Shown here piece by piece: positions 26,072 to 39,126 of a DNA stretch of 64,000 bases. The DNA lies in contig JAHRHZ010000223.1 of assembly GCA_024137785.1 (NCBI GenBank), positions 27,026,617-27,090,616 on the forward strand, given 5' to 3'. Source of the stretch: Ginglymostoma cirratum. Lineage: Eukaryota. Numbering within the stretch: position 1 is the stretch's first letter; the number at the start of each line of letters is the position of its first letter. The notes below the pieces were generated by a model, which was not told the DNA's origin, did no database searches, and saw nothing but the letters and a program-made list of their open reading frames with translations. The position numbers were made by a program, and so were the translations under genes.

Positions 26072-26181
26072 CTAATAGTATCTGCCTCTGTACTTCATGT
26101 TGGTGTTCATCTTCAGTTCCCAAACAAAGGAGGCACAAATCATTGAAGAGCCAGCAAACCACTGCAGAGACATCTTGGTTA
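26072..26181 (-). CDS. FANCA: FANCA exon 7 (SNQDVSAVVCWLFNDLCLLCLGTEDEHQHEVQRQILL), 110 bp
   Basis: caacag acceptor, gtaaaa donor. Matches human HAVGSWLFRNLCCLC. Confidence 0.93.
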
Positions 26182-26936
26182 CTGTTGACAGAGCAGAAAA
26201 TCAAGGAGGCTTCTCCTACTGCAAGCTTACAAGTCTGGTTTGAAACATCAGTTTATAAAGTTTACGCTTCCTAGTAACTTTCATGACAATGCCTTGTTCT
26301 CTAAATCTCTGTCCAACCATTTCCCAATTTCAGGCACAGCTGCAATCGTTTTTCATTGCTCCAGACCTGTCTCCTGCAACTTCTCAATCATGGTACTGTC
26401 ATTGTGTAACGCCATAAAACTGCTGCTGAGAGTCAGGGACATGCCAGGTCACTTTAGAGTGAATTCAGACAAAACCACAGCAATTACACAAAATAAAACT
26501 TGAATACCTACACTGATAAAGACGTGGGAGTAGGGAGCAGGGAGCAGGGAAACAAGAAAATTAGACAGATCAAAACAAAATAAAAAAAATTTATCATTGA
26601 AAGGAGGAACCACAATTTTTACCTTAAATGGTTAAAGTTGTATTTGAACCTAAACGTATCAGTAGAAAAAAAACACTGCAGAGATCATCTCTGTGAATAA
26701 AGGCACAAGCCCTGCACTTTCCAACAATTCCTATTTCAATCAAATGCCTGTACTTTTCCTGTACAGATTTTAACAATTGGTGCAATCTGAAATTTGAAAC
26801 TTGTGGCCTCTCAGAACAGAGATGAATTTTCACGATACAGGAAACAAATTATGGGTTTGGGATGTACAATGTTAGCATCAACCTGTAGCAAGGTTTACTT
26901 AGTGCAACTTTCCGAAAAAAGATTTATCACTATCAG

Positions 26937-27921
26937 AGATAGTAGGAACTGCTGATGCTGGAGAATCTGAGATAACAAGGTGTAGAGCTGTACAAACACA
27001 GCAGGCCAAGCAGCATTGGAGGAGCAGGAAAGCTGACATTTCGGGTCTAGACACTTCTTCAGAAACGGTGGAAGGGAAGGGGATTCTGAAATAAATAGGG
27101 AGAGAGGGGGAGGCGGATAGAAGATGGGTAAAGGATAAGATTGGTGGAGAGGAGACAGACAGGTCAAAGAAGCGGGGTTGGAGCCAGTAAAGGTGAGTGT
27201 AGGTGGAGAGTTAGAGAGGGCATAGGTCAGTCCAGCTTTGTGGCCTCCTCTAAATCGAGGAAACCAAGCGTAGTCTTTGGGACCGCTTTGCGGAACACCT
27301 GCGCTCGGTTCACAACAAACAACTGCACCTCCCAGTCACGAACCATTTCAACTCCCCTCCCACTCCTTGAACGACATGTCCATCCTGTGCCTCCTGCAGT
27401 GCCACAACAATGCCACCCGAAGGTTGCAGGAACAGCACCTCATATTTCATTTGGGAACCCTGCAGCCTAATGGTATCAATGTGGACTTCACAAGCTTCAA
27501 AATCTCCCCTCCCCCGACCGCATCCCAAAACCAGCCCAGCTCGTCCCCGCCTCCCTAACCTGTCCTTCCTCCCACCTTTCCCCTCCTCCTACCTCAAGCC
27601 CCACCCCCATCTCCTACCTACCAGCCTCATCCTGCCCCCTTGACCTGTCCGTCCTCCCAGGACTGACCTATCTCCTCCCTACCTCCCCACCTACACTCAC
27701 CTTTACTGGCTCCATCCCCACCTCTTTGACCTGTCTGTCTCCTCTCCACCTATCTTCTCCTTTATCCATCTTCTATCCGCCTCCCCCTCTCTCCCTATTT
27801 ATTTCAGAACCCCTTCCCCTCCACCATTTCTGAAGAAGGGTCTAGGCCCAAAACGTCAGCTTTCCTGCTCCTATGATGCTGCTTGGCCTGCTGTGTTCAT
27901 CCAGCTCTACACCTTGTTATG
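26937..27921 (+). mobile_element. 5'-truncated Penelope-like element with inverted terminal duplication
   Basis: Frameshifted GIY-YIG C-terminus (ETKRS..DRFAEHLRSV, NHFN.PSHSLNDMSILCLLQCHNNATRRLQEQHLIFHLGTLQPNGINVDF). About 260-bp inverted arms and an ACTATCAG direct repeat at both ends. Confidence 0.85.
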
Positions 27922-28457
27922 ACTATCAGCACTTCATTTCAAGCCATGTTATGTACGAAGAAGTCATAACATGTTATAAAAGAGGTGATAAATCCTCTAG
28001 TGTGTCAAAGTTTTATATTTAATAACCAATATGCAGGCAAAAATATTGCAAATTATGTTATCATAAAACTTAATTTTATAAAGCTGAGCGGCAATAAAAA
28101 CAATTCATCAACTACCATACTGATATTAATAAAGTATTAGGATTGTAGAGTAGAACAGCTACCAGCAAAGTTACATCAGCAGTCAGTATAAAATATAGTT
28201 GCTCTGAGTACTTTGAATTCAGGTAAGTAAGAAGGAAAGATCAGATACAAAGGGAGATATTTGGAATAGCACAATCATCCATTACACCCATGTTCTTTGC
28301 TCCACCCCGTCTCACAATTCAAGTTATTTCTGCAGTCCCAACTGAAAACTGTCTACATGACTTCACAAGGCAACCAGCCACTTAGCAAAGTTGCCACCAC
28401 ACTTCCAATCATTGATAATGGAATACAGAATTCTGCTTATTTCTGTCACGGACGTAC

Positions 28458-28531
28458 CTTGCCAACAGTTCTTCAAGGGCCACAATACCTTCCTTGTGCA
28501 AACGCCAAACAATTTCCAAAGTGGGTAATTC
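28458..28531 (-). CDS. FANCA: FANCA exon 6 (ELPTLEIVWRLHKEGIVALEELLA), 74 bp
   Basis: tgtag acceptor, gtacgt donor. Matches human LEAVWHLHVQGIVSLQELL. Confidence 0.95.
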
Positions 28532-29484
28532 CTACATCAAAGAAAAATGATAATATCCCTATCGGCAACAGCCATGAGAATACAGGCCCTATGAGAACAT
28601 AGCATGTATACAATACTAGGTAAACCATCAACGACAGCATAAATCAGTATCCGGAAATAAATAAAACATCAAAGACAAGGTAAAGGAATGCTCTACATTG
28701 AATAGAATTATACCCGCTGACAAATTAGCACAAGTAGTAAAACTTTGAAAACCTTACTTTTTTAAGCAAATTAACATGGAGTGGATAATTAACATGGATC
28801 TCATAATTGGAATGTACCAGTACAATAGGTAATATATTACAATTGGTAGGACATATTAAGTTTTTTCCATTTTTTAAACTTAATATCAAGTTACAACATG
28901 AAGGAAGAGAAGATCTTGTGGTACAGTCCCAACCTCTGAGCCAGGAGACCTGGATTCAAGTCCCACCTACCCCAGAGATCCCTCATAACATGACTGAACA
29001 GGTTAATTAAAAGTGTTGATTAGCATATAGTGAGGCATAAATACAAAACTGCTAAAAAAAGTCACATGGCTGATCAGCTCAACAGCACCTCATCTCATGC
29101 TAACCAAACTTCCAGGCACAAAAATATTGCATAATTCTATCGTATTTCAATCATAGAGATATTTGTTCCAGCTGTTCATTGATACAGGTGTTGGTTTTGC
29201 AGCTTGTGCTATCACCAGCTATCTACATCCGGAATATATATATTCGGAATTATGCTTCTCAGTCACATAAATATTGCTACTCTGCAGATTTTTCTCCCAG
29301 GGACACCTTTTGAAAAGTTTGAATATAGAATGAATTCAGCAGGCAAGGAACATGCCATAAATATCTTTCAGTCTAAAAAATTGTAATGTTTTAGGTGAAC
29401 CGCAGAATCCCTCGTTTTTAAAAGAGTATTTCAGAAATTTGACAAGACTACATCATATAAAATTCTTTGACATTAAAGTAAAAT

Positions 29485-30595
29485 CACACAAAAGCGACAT
29501 TTCTTATATATATGCCTGTCCCATGTTGACCTTGATAAGGTGGGCTGACTTCTTGAACCTCTGCACTTAATATGCTATAGATTGATTCGCAATGCACATA
29601 GGGATGGGATTCCAGGATTTTGGCCAGCAAAACTGAAGGAACAGTGATGAATTTCCAAGTCAGGATGGTGAGTGGCTTGGAAGAGAACCCATAGGTAGTG
29701 GTACTCCCATGTATGTGTTGCCCCTGTCCTTCTAGAAGGAAGTGGTCATAGGTTTGGAAAGTGCTATCTGAGGATCTTTGATGAATTTCTGTAGTGAATT
29801 TTGTATATAGTATATACCGCTGCTACTGAGTGTCAGTGGTGGAGGGAGTGGATACTTGCTCAGTGTGGTGCCAGTTAAGTGAGCTGCTTTGTTCAATGGT
29901 GTCAAGCTTCTTAAGTACTGTTGGAGCTGCACTCATCCAGGCAAGTACAGAGTATTCATTACTCCTGATTAATGCCTTGTCAATGGTGGACAGTTTATAG
30001 GAAGTCAGGAAGTGTATTACTTGTCACAATATTCCCAGCCTCTGACCTTGTAGCTACTGTATTGTTATGGCAAGTCCAGTTGAGTTTCTGGTCAATGGGA
30101 CCCCTCTTGATGTTGATAGTGGGAGATTCAGTGATGGTAAAACCATGGAATGTCAAGGGGCGATGGTTAGATTGTCTCTTGTTGGAGATGGTCATTGCCT
30201 GGCATTTATGTGGCACAATGTTACTTACCACTTGTCCAAATCTTGTTGCATTTGAACATGGACTGCTTCAGTATCTGAGGAGTCAGGAATGGTGCTGAGC
30301 ATTGTGTCATCATCGACGAACACCCCGTTTCTGACCTTATGACGGAGGGGAGGTCATTGATGAAGCAGCTGAAGATGGTTGGGCCTATGACATTAGTTTG
30401 AGGAACTCCTGCAGAGATGCCTTGCAGTTGAGATGACTGACCTCCAACAACCACAACCACCTTCCTATGTGCCAGGTATGACTCCAACCAGAGAGTTTGC
30501 CCCCGATTCCCATTGATTCCAGTTTTGCTCGGGCTCCTTGATGCTATACTTGATCGATGTGGCCTTGATGTCAAAGGACTGTCACTCTCACCTTA
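29485..30595 (-). mobile_element. LINE family B RT to 3' end
   Basis: WLESYLAHRKVVVVVGGQSS..ISAGVPQ..IGPTIFSCFINDLP, PHKCQAMTISNKR. Confidence 0.8.
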
Positions 30596-30602
30596 TCTGG
30601 GA

Positions 30603-31940
30603 ATATGAGATCATAGGCAAAGGAGTAGGCCATTCAGCCTCTCGAGCCTGTTCCACCAATCCATAATGGGTAATCTGTGACCTAACTCCATATACCATGC
30701 CTCGGGTCCATATCCCTTGATACCTTCCTCAATAAAAATTTGTCTCTCTTGGATTTAAATTTAACAACTGAATTAGCATCGACCATCATTTGAGGAAGAG
30801 ATTTCCAAATCTCCTATGTTTTGCATGTAGAAATGCTTCCTAACAACTCTGCTGAATGGCCTGACTAATTCTTAGACTATAATTCCTGGTTCTAGAATCT
30901 TCAACTAGTGGAAATAGTTTATCTTTGTCTATCCTGACTTTCCCTGTTATTATCCTGAAGACCCCAACTACCCCTTATCCTTCTAAATTTTGGAGAACAC
31001 AGGCCTAATTTGTCTAAGCTCTCTTCATAATATAACCCCAGAAGTCCAGGTATCACCCTTGTAAAACCTGTGCCGAACTCCCTTCAGGGCCAAAACATTC
31101 TTCCCAAGGTGTGGTGCCCACATCTGCTTATTGGACTCTAAGTGGAGTCATAGAGCTTTACAGCATGGCAATAGATCCTTTGGTCCAACTCGTCCATGAC
31201 AACCAGATATCCTTAATAAATCTCATCCCATTTACCAGCATTTGGCCCATATCCCTCTAATCCCTTCTTATTCAGAAAGATGCCTTTTAAATGTTGTAAT
31301 TGTACCCGCCTCCACCACTTCCTCTGGCAGCTCATTCCACACACGTGCTACGCTCTACATGAAAAAGTTGCCACTTAGATCCCTTTTAAATCTTTTCCCT
31401 CTCACCATAAGCCTAAACCCTCTAGTTTTAGACTCCCCAAAACCCAGAGAAAAGACCTTGTCTATTTACCCTATCCAACCCCCTCATGATTGTATAAACC
31501 TCTATAAAGTCACCCCTCAGCCTCCGACGCTCCAGGGAAAATAGCCCCAGTGTATTCAGCCTCTCAGTATAGATCAAACTCTACAACCCTGGCAACATCC
31601 TTGTAAATCTCTTCTGAACCCTTTCAAGTTTCACAACATCCTTCCTATAGCAGGCTAACCAGGGTTTTATATAGCTGCAGCATGATGTCTGCATCCTTGT
31701 ACTCCAGCCCTTTATTTCTGACGGCCAGCATTCCATTACACTGTCTATTTTCTGCACCTGTTCACGGTATTTTAAAGAGCTTTGCACCTGATGCCCCACA
31801 TCTCATTAGCCTTCTACTGTTTTGAACCCACCACAGGTGCCAGGCTAACTGGTCTGTAACTCCCTGGTTTCCCTCTGTCACCCTTCTTAAACAATAGAGT
31901 GACATTAATAACTTCCCAATCCAGAGGTACAAGCCCTGAG
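30603..31940 (-). mobile_element. Older CR1 fragment with a nested HER1-like CR1 3' end (~31148-31650)
   Basis: The nested copy encodes CYRKDVVKLERVQKRFTRMLPGL and ends in an AGTCATAGAG tail. The host resumes at ~31651. Confidence 0.7.
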
Positions 31941-31959
31941 TCTGTGGAACTCTGAACTT

Positions 31960-32500
31960 GTGGAATTCAGCCCTTTTGTCCACGTTTGAACTAAGCTGTC
32001 ATGTGGTCAGGAGCTGAGTGGCCCTGGCAGAACCCAAACTGGGCATCACTGAGCAGCTTATTGCTGAGCAGGTGCTGCCTGGTAGCACTACTAATGTCAC
32101 TTTCTTAATAATCAAGAAATGATTGATAGGGAGGTAATTGGCCAGGTTGGATTTGTCCTGCTTTTTGTGTATAGGACGTACCTGAGCATTTATCCCACAT
32201 TGTCGGGTAGACACCAGTGTTGTAACTGTACAGAAACAGCGTGGTTAGGGGAGTGGCAATTTCTGGAGCTCAAGCTTTCAGTGATATAGCCAGAATGTTG
32301 TCAGGGCTCATAACCTTCGCAGCATCCAGCACTTCCAACCTTCACATGGGGTGAATCAATTTGGCTGACAACTGGTACCTGTGATGCTAGGGACCTCTGC
32401 AGGAGGCTGAAATGGATCAACTACTTGGCACTTCTGGCTGAAAACTGTTGCAAATGCTTTAGCCCTGTCCTTCGCAATAATGCGTTACCCATCCTTTCAG
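31960..32500 (-). mobile_element. LINE family B, N-terminal RT fragment
   Basis: AQVRPIHKKQDKSNLANYLPI..F.IIKKV. Confidence 0.7.
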
Positions 32501-32783
32501 AGACCATAACGCTACGCTCAGTGAATAATTTACAAAATAGAAATACAAATTGCTGCTTGAAATATGTTATAAATTTATAGGCTGCCAAGCTGTCAGTGTC
32601 AGGAATACAATGGTGGAATGTAGGCTGGATTAAATTCAATTTGCCAAATTTGAAATTTTTTTAAAGGACTTAGACTGTTTCTCTTGCAGCCTCATGAATT
32701 TATTTCAGGTTCGCCACTGCCATGTGCCTCTAATAGAGATACAGCTTTAATTGAAATAATGCTCAATTCAATATTTTACTCAC

Positions 32784-32879
32784 CTTTGCCTTCCAAATCT
32801 CTTCAATGAATTGCAGTCGGCTAAGCATGTTGGAGGACAATAGTTCTTGCATACTCTGCAGTAAACAGGCAAGCATTCT
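32784..32879 (-). CDS. FANCA: FANCA exon 5 (RMLACLLQSMQELLSSNMLSRLQFIEEIWKAK), 96 bp
   Basis: ttgcag acceptor, gtgagt donor. Matches human LLAHSMFSRLSFCQELWK. Confidence 0.95.
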
Positions 32880-33889
32880 CTGCAATATGAAGTCAGTGTT
32901 GGTGAATAATAATATATAAAACAACCAAAAACGTAGCATTCTCCCCTTTTTATCCCATTACAGAATGCCTACTTTACTTTGTTTTATGGATAATTATCAG
33001 TATCTAGATAATTTTCTTCTTTAACTGAAAACAAAACCTGTTTCTTTTTCCATTCTGATGAGCATTCATTTTATCCATAAGAATTATCTTGATTGTCACC
33101 ATTCCAAATATTCCAGAGTTAATGTTTGGAACCAGTAAAAATGATTGCATACTTTACTCACACACAGAGACCAAGCTCCCATTAAATATTTTGATGGATT
33201 TCTGTACTCAAGACAAGAGACATTAGCGTGAACAAATAAAGCACTCGTCTATTTTAGATAATCAACTCAAATGTAGTTGCAAAGTTATGTTCCTTCTACT
33301 CCAAATCAAAAGTAATGCCATAGTTCACACCTTATACCAATGTTTTATTTCCATATCCTACAGCAGCCAGCCTGACCCTTCTTGATCAAGCTTTCCAAAT
33401 ACTGCCAAATCAATGCAGTTTTATATTGAGGAAGTAAACCAAACCTGCGACTGCTTAAACTCACTAAACATAGAACAAATGACAAGCATGTTTTTGAAAC
33501 ACTTCCATTCCCCCAGAGGTGGATTCAAAATCAGGACGCTGACTTGAAAAAGCTGTGCTAATTAACAATGTCATTTATCCCAACTAGCTTTTTGCAATTA
33601 CAACATGTTCTCTAGTCAGAGGACAATATGAGCCTGGAATTTAAGCAACGGAACAGCACCCAAGCTCACCTTAACCAAAAAGGCAAGAATCTAAACATTC
33701 TTCCTTTCTTACTATTTTCAACAGAAACTTAAATATTTCATATCACTTCCTCCTGAATCTTGTTCCACAGATTCTGTGATATGACAGAGAGATTTGCTTA
33801 TGCCACTCAGGAGTGTCTGTGGTTGGCAGGTGGGAATCAAAGCAGTAGGTCAGCATGTGCAGTGATTGAGAGGAAGGCAGGAGTTAAGC

Positions 33890-34368
33890 CAAGTAAGTCA
33901 CCCTACTGTACATCAGGGACATATCAGAGACGAGACCACAAGACTACTCAGACCCCTAGGTATCAGAGTAGCTTACAAACCAACAACCACCCTGCGACAG
34001 CTACTGACAAACATAAAGGACCCCATACCCACATCCAATACCATGCAAGGACTGTGATGAACATTATATAGGTCAAACTGGAAGAAAACTGACAATAAGG
34101 ATACACGAACACCAACTAGCCACCAAGAGACATGACCAATTCTCACTGGTCTCAATACACACCGTTAAAGAAGGACACAAATTCGACTGGGCCAACACAT
34201 CCATAATCGCACAAGCCAAACAAAGACATGCCAGGGAACTCCTAGAGGCTTGGCCATTCCAACTAGAACTCTATCAACAAACACTATACAAACGATACAC
34301 AAACCACTGAAAAACAGAGCCGGAAGTGATGCCAACCACCCCATCAAACTGAGGCATATAAATAACAA
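33890..34368 (+). mobile_element. Penelope-like element fragment, second family (GIY-YIG region)
   Basis: Frameshifted TTRLLRPLGIRVAYKPTTTLRQLLTNIKDP...IGQTGRKLTIRI.EHQLATKRHDQFSLVSIHTVKEGHKFDWANTSIIAQAKQRHARELLEAW. Confidence 0.8.
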
Positions 34369-34661
34369 GGTGGTAGAAGCAGGAATATTTAAGAAGCATT
34401 TAGACAGGCGTATGAACAGGCAGGGAACACAGGGATATGGAGCATTTACAGGCAGATGGGATTAGTTTGGAATGGCAACATTATCAGCACAGACATGGTG
34501 GGCCGAAGGACCTGTTCCCATGTTGTACTGTTTCACAGAATGGCAAATTCTTGCCACCACTTGGCAACTGCCCTTAGTTCAGAATATTTTTTCACTTCTG
34601 CTATAAATGTCCTCCCCCAATTTGTACATTCTATAGATCTGATCTAAAGAAATTCACCTAC

Positions 34662-34804
34662 TCGTTGACCAGAATCCAAAACAACAGCGCGTTTAGGCAT
34701 AGAGCCCTGTTGCATAATCTGTTGAATTTTCTCCCTGGATGCCCTGGCAGCCAAAAGTCCAACAGGCAGATCCATCTGCAAAGCCTGCTCTTGTAGAACA
34801 GAGG
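34662..34804 (-). CDS. FANCA: FANCA exon 4 (ASVLQEQALQMDLPVGLLAARASREKIQQIMQQGSMPKRAVVLDSGQR), 143 bp
   Basis: tttcccag acceptor, gtaggt donor. Matches human SALQDQASRLGVPVGILSA...EQR. Confidence 0.95.
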
Positions 34805-35991
34805 CTGGGAAAGAAACATTCTGGTTTGGTTAATTGCATTGGAAAAATTGTTGCAAAATTAAAAAATAATAAATGGAGTGTCTCTTACTGGTAACAACAG
34901 CATTTGTTATCTATCCCAAATTATCTTTCAAAAGGTGGTGATGAGCTGCCCTCTTGATTACAATAGACTGACTTGTTCAACTATTTCAAAGGGCAACTAA
35001 GGGTTCATCACATGCCCACAAATCAAGACTCACATTTAAGCTGGACCATGCAAGGATGTCATCAACATGAACTAAAGGTAAATGCTCAGTGACAAAGTGC
35101 ACCAATGAACATATTGGGTTTAATTCTTGCTTCATTCAGTACCGGACATTAAATACAACTAGTTGACTGGAGTCGTCACACTTTTATGCTGAAATTTCAT
35201 GTGTATCAAATAACACTATATAACATAAACCAGAATCCATCATTCTAACACTAGAATATAAACGGACTAAAGTTTTAATTTTAAGTTTCTCACTCTTACT
35301 TAGGCAATTTATTTTTCCTCAATCCAGTGTGGTTTTCTAACTATGACTATTTTTATTATTAGATGCACAGTACATCTGAATTATGGCTCAATTAACACAT
35401 GCTGCAAACGAGTGGGAAAAACAATTAATACACGACATGCTGGACAGGGAGGCCGAGTTTTAAATTCTGGCTCAAGATGAGATTCTTCACTAGGTTTCCC
35501 CCCAGCTTATTTTTGATCTAAGCTGAGCTATTCAATACAGTGTCAAACTATGACAGCTCAGCATTCCACACTGCAGGATTCATAGTTTAATTGCAGTGGG
35601 ATGCATCTGGCTAACAGTCACATTATGGCTTAGAACTTCTATGACATGATTTAGTGTCCTTAAATTGTTGGTAACGGCTTCTTCCTTGTGTATTAATCTG
35701 GGATGTGAATTCCAACAATCTCAGCATTATTTGTTGTACTACATGTATTTACAGTTCAGTAAACTTCATGAAAAACTTCAAATCAGCATAATTCAAGTAG
35801 ATATCAGGCGATATTTTCTGTAAAAAATTTTAGGAGCATTTGACCAGTATTTGCCAACCAATGGCTGTCTGTACAACCTATTGACTGGTTGCATGAAAGA
35901 ATGAAACCAGCCAATGGAAAAATGTTGACTGAAATTACAAATACAAACTTATAATGGTAAAATTCCAGAAGCAATTGTGTAATAAACATAC

Positions 35992-36085
35992 CTATAAAAG
36001 TGCCTTTACCAGCAGAATTGGCAATTTGATGCTCAGGATTAACTTTACCATAACGAGATAAACATTTACTCATTGATCCATTTAC
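35992..36085 (-). CDS. FANCA: FANCA exon 3 (VNGSMSKCLSRYGKVNPEHQIANSAGKGTFI), 94 bp
   Basis: Poly-T ctag acceptor, gtatgt donor. Phase fits exons 2 and 4. Confidence 0.9.
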
Positions 36086-36222
36086 CTAGAAAAAAAAAGT
36101 TTGTTATTTATAACTAAAATCTCTGCTCTTGTTGCAAGAAATTGACTTTCCCCATGTGAAGAACTAACGTTGCTCACATTCCTGCAGATAAGAGCTGTGT
36201 TAGGATTTACCAACTCTATTAC

Positions 36223-36332
36223 CTCTAGCAGTAGGTCACCAAGGTTCTGATTGTGCCTCAAAAACTGAATCACAGTCTCTTTCAGTTGAGACTCTGAAGG
36301 GCATCTCTGTCTCCGTCTTTGGAGTCTCGTAC
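36223..36332 (-). CDS. FANCA: FANCA exon 2 (GTRLQRRRQRCPSESQLKETVIQFLRHNQNLGDLLLE), 110 bp
   Basis: ttcttcag acceptor, gtaata donor. Similar to human [22 protein letters not shown]. Confidence 0.95.
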
Positions 36333-37442
36333 CTGAAGAAATTAAAGTTATTGTGAATTTGCTTAATTGCTATACATCAACAAATGAAAGTAACAATATC
36401 TAAAGCAATCAAAAAAACTGAACAAAACAACATTACATCATAATTAATTTTCCTCTGTTCCCTTCATTCTCGAACAATCCAAGGGTAATGGCCATATTTG
36501 GACCCATCCCCTCATTATTCAGATAACTATTCCACAAACCAATCCTTTTCAGATACTTCTAGAAACTGTATATACGACCACGAAAAAAAAATGGCTCGTC
36601 AAAAGACAGAAGTTAGAAAATAATCATATGCAGGTATCAATTTCTGATTGTTTATATGGTCAGTACTGAACTTCCTAACTTCATGCAATTTATTTCAACT
36701 GTTGTCTTAGGTAAAGGTTATTTGTACATTGGTATTTGCAGTTTAGGTTATGGTTTTAAAGAGTGTGACGTAATGTTTTGTCCACAGAGAGATCAAATTG
36801 ACAAAATCCTTGTAACATGACTCAACATATTTCACCATTATAAATGAAGAATTTTTATTAAGTTATGTATGTTTCTGCGCTAAAAACTTTGGCATCACCC
36901 AGCATGCAATTTCAGGGCAGGCACTTCCACATTCTGAATTTGCCTAACAAAATAGCTACCCCACTATAAATTTAGTTATGAACTAAATTTCAACAGCTTC
37001 ACTGGATATGAAAGTTTAGTTAGGAAAGACCTATGTCCATTAACAGAGAGGTCAATACCAGATATAGATTTAAAACCAGTGACAGAAGAATTACAGCACA
37101 GTGTGGAGAGTTTATTTTTCACTCAGAAATCATGAGGGTCTGGAACTCTGTGCTTGGAAAGGGTGTTCGAAACAGAAATCTTCAGCACATTTAAGAAATA
37201 TTTGGATGTGACCATGAAGCACTGCAGACTATAGTGGGATTAGGCCAGATAACTCTCTTTGGTCGTACAACAATGGGCAAAATGGATACTTTTCTGCTTT
37301 AATTTTTATGATTTGCTAAGCTCAATTCTGCCTCTGACTGATTGAACAGCAAAGGACAAATCACAAGCCAAATCAAAATTGAAGGCTCTTAACCAACTTT
37401 GCTCATCCAATCTTGAAGATTCCTACGGAAGCGACTGCTGTT

Positions 37443-37790
37443 CATAGAACATAGAACATAGAACAATACAGCGCAGAACAGGCCCTTCGGCCCTTGATGT
37501 TGCGCCGACCTGTGAACTAATCTCAGCCCATCCCCCTACACTATCCCATCGTCATCCATATGCTTATCCAAGGACCGTTTAAATGCCCCTAACGTGGCTG
37601 AGTTAACTACATTGGCAGGCAGGGCATTCCACGCCCTTACCACTCTCTGAGTAAAGAACCTGCCTCTGACATCTGTCTTAAATCTATCACCCCTCAATTT
37701 GCAGCTCTGCCCCCTCGTACTAGCCGACGTCATCATCCTGCGAAAAAGACTCTCACTGTCCACCCAATCTAATCCTCTGATCATTTTGTA
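37443..37790 (-). mobile_element. Young CR1 3' end with (CATAGAA)n tail
   Basis: Open frame YKMIRGLDWVDSESLF...KLRGDRFKTDVRGRFFTQRVVRAWNALP. CpGs are retained, and TGTTC flanks both ends. Confidence 0.85.
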
Positions 37791-38149
37791 TGTTCCTACC
37801 ACTATAATTTCAACAGGAAAACCAATCCAAGTGTTATTGTTCATTCTGCAAAAATACTGTTCCTGACATCTGTCTAAAATTTCCTTTCACATCTATATTG
37901 TAGCATATCTTGAACAAGTGTTTTAGATTTAGCTCCTTTGTACCTCCAATATCTACTGTGCAGCGAGGGGGGGGGGCGGGCTCCAATTTATGACTTCTAA
38001 CTTATGAATGCAATCACATAAAGGAGTGTAATTTTAAACATCCAACATACAAGCATCTCCTATATTTATGAATAGCTCCTTTGTATTGTCCTGCATCGTG
38101 TTGCACTTGCAAACCTGCTCACAACTCAGGGATGGCCTGTACAGTCTAA

Positions 38150-38625
38150 TTACAGTTAGACCACAATACCATAAAAATGTGTGGAAGCAAAAATAGGCCA
38201 AACGGCCCATTGAGCCTGTTCTGCCATTCAACTGGGTCATGGCCAATTTGATAATCCTCAACTCCATTTTCCTGTCTTTTTCTCAAAAACACTTGATCCC
38301 CTTTGTGATTAAAAATCTCTCTCAGCTTTGAATGACTTAATAACTTAGCCTCCACAGCACTCTACAGAAAAGATTTCCATAACTTCATTCCTTTCCAAGA
38401 GAAGAAAATCGTCTTCATCTCAGTATTAAACAGGCTACCCTTGAAATTGTTTCTTTTTGATGTAGGAGTCCTAGTTTATCCACTCTATACTGAGCTCCTT
38501 CTCTAATCTATTCTGTTCATATATTTTAGTTTAAAAGTTTCCATTATTGCTTAGTAACCAAAACTAAACACTGACTCAAGGTATTTTCTGGCCAAAGTAC
38601 TGTACAGCTTTTGCAAGAAAGCTTC
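38150..38625 (-). mobile_element. Decayed CR1 3' fragment
   Basis: GAGCCTGTTCTGCCATTCAA...CATGGC tail motif, GAAGAAA..CTTCATCTCAG. Confidence 0.55.
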
Positions 38626-39126
38626 AGACTCGAAGATGGCAGATCCAAAGATGTAATTAGGCAGAGATAACAAGCATGGGGCTGGATGAACACAGCAGGT
38701 CAAGCATGATGTAATTATGCAGTGTGCTTTGTGTAGCACTACCTCAAAGACAGATGACATTTTAAACCGTCAAATCCCATGTCAGACCCATATCCCTTTC
38801 TGCTTAATTTTACTTATTCCAAAAGCATCTAACTGATTTTTTTCCCTTGTTGTGTGATACCTTACACTTCTTAGACTGTATGACATACAACCAGTGTTTT
38901 ACTCAATTGCATACAGTTTTTTGGAAGATTCTTAGCTTATTTCGTATGTTGTCAAACACAATATTATACTGATTATCAGCTGGTCAGTACATACTACTTT
39001 AGATCCTAAACAGATTTAACTAAATTGACGTGATCCACAAAGAGGCAATGTTTAAAAATAATGTCCATTTCATCCCAAGTATTAAAATAAAAGAACTATG
39101 TAGGTTATGAAGCAATGCAAACTCAC

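Noticed and set aside
36082-36273. FANCA exon 2 frame staying open through intron 2
   Set aside because: The 137-bp intron has strong splice sites. Retention would shift frame and hit a stop.
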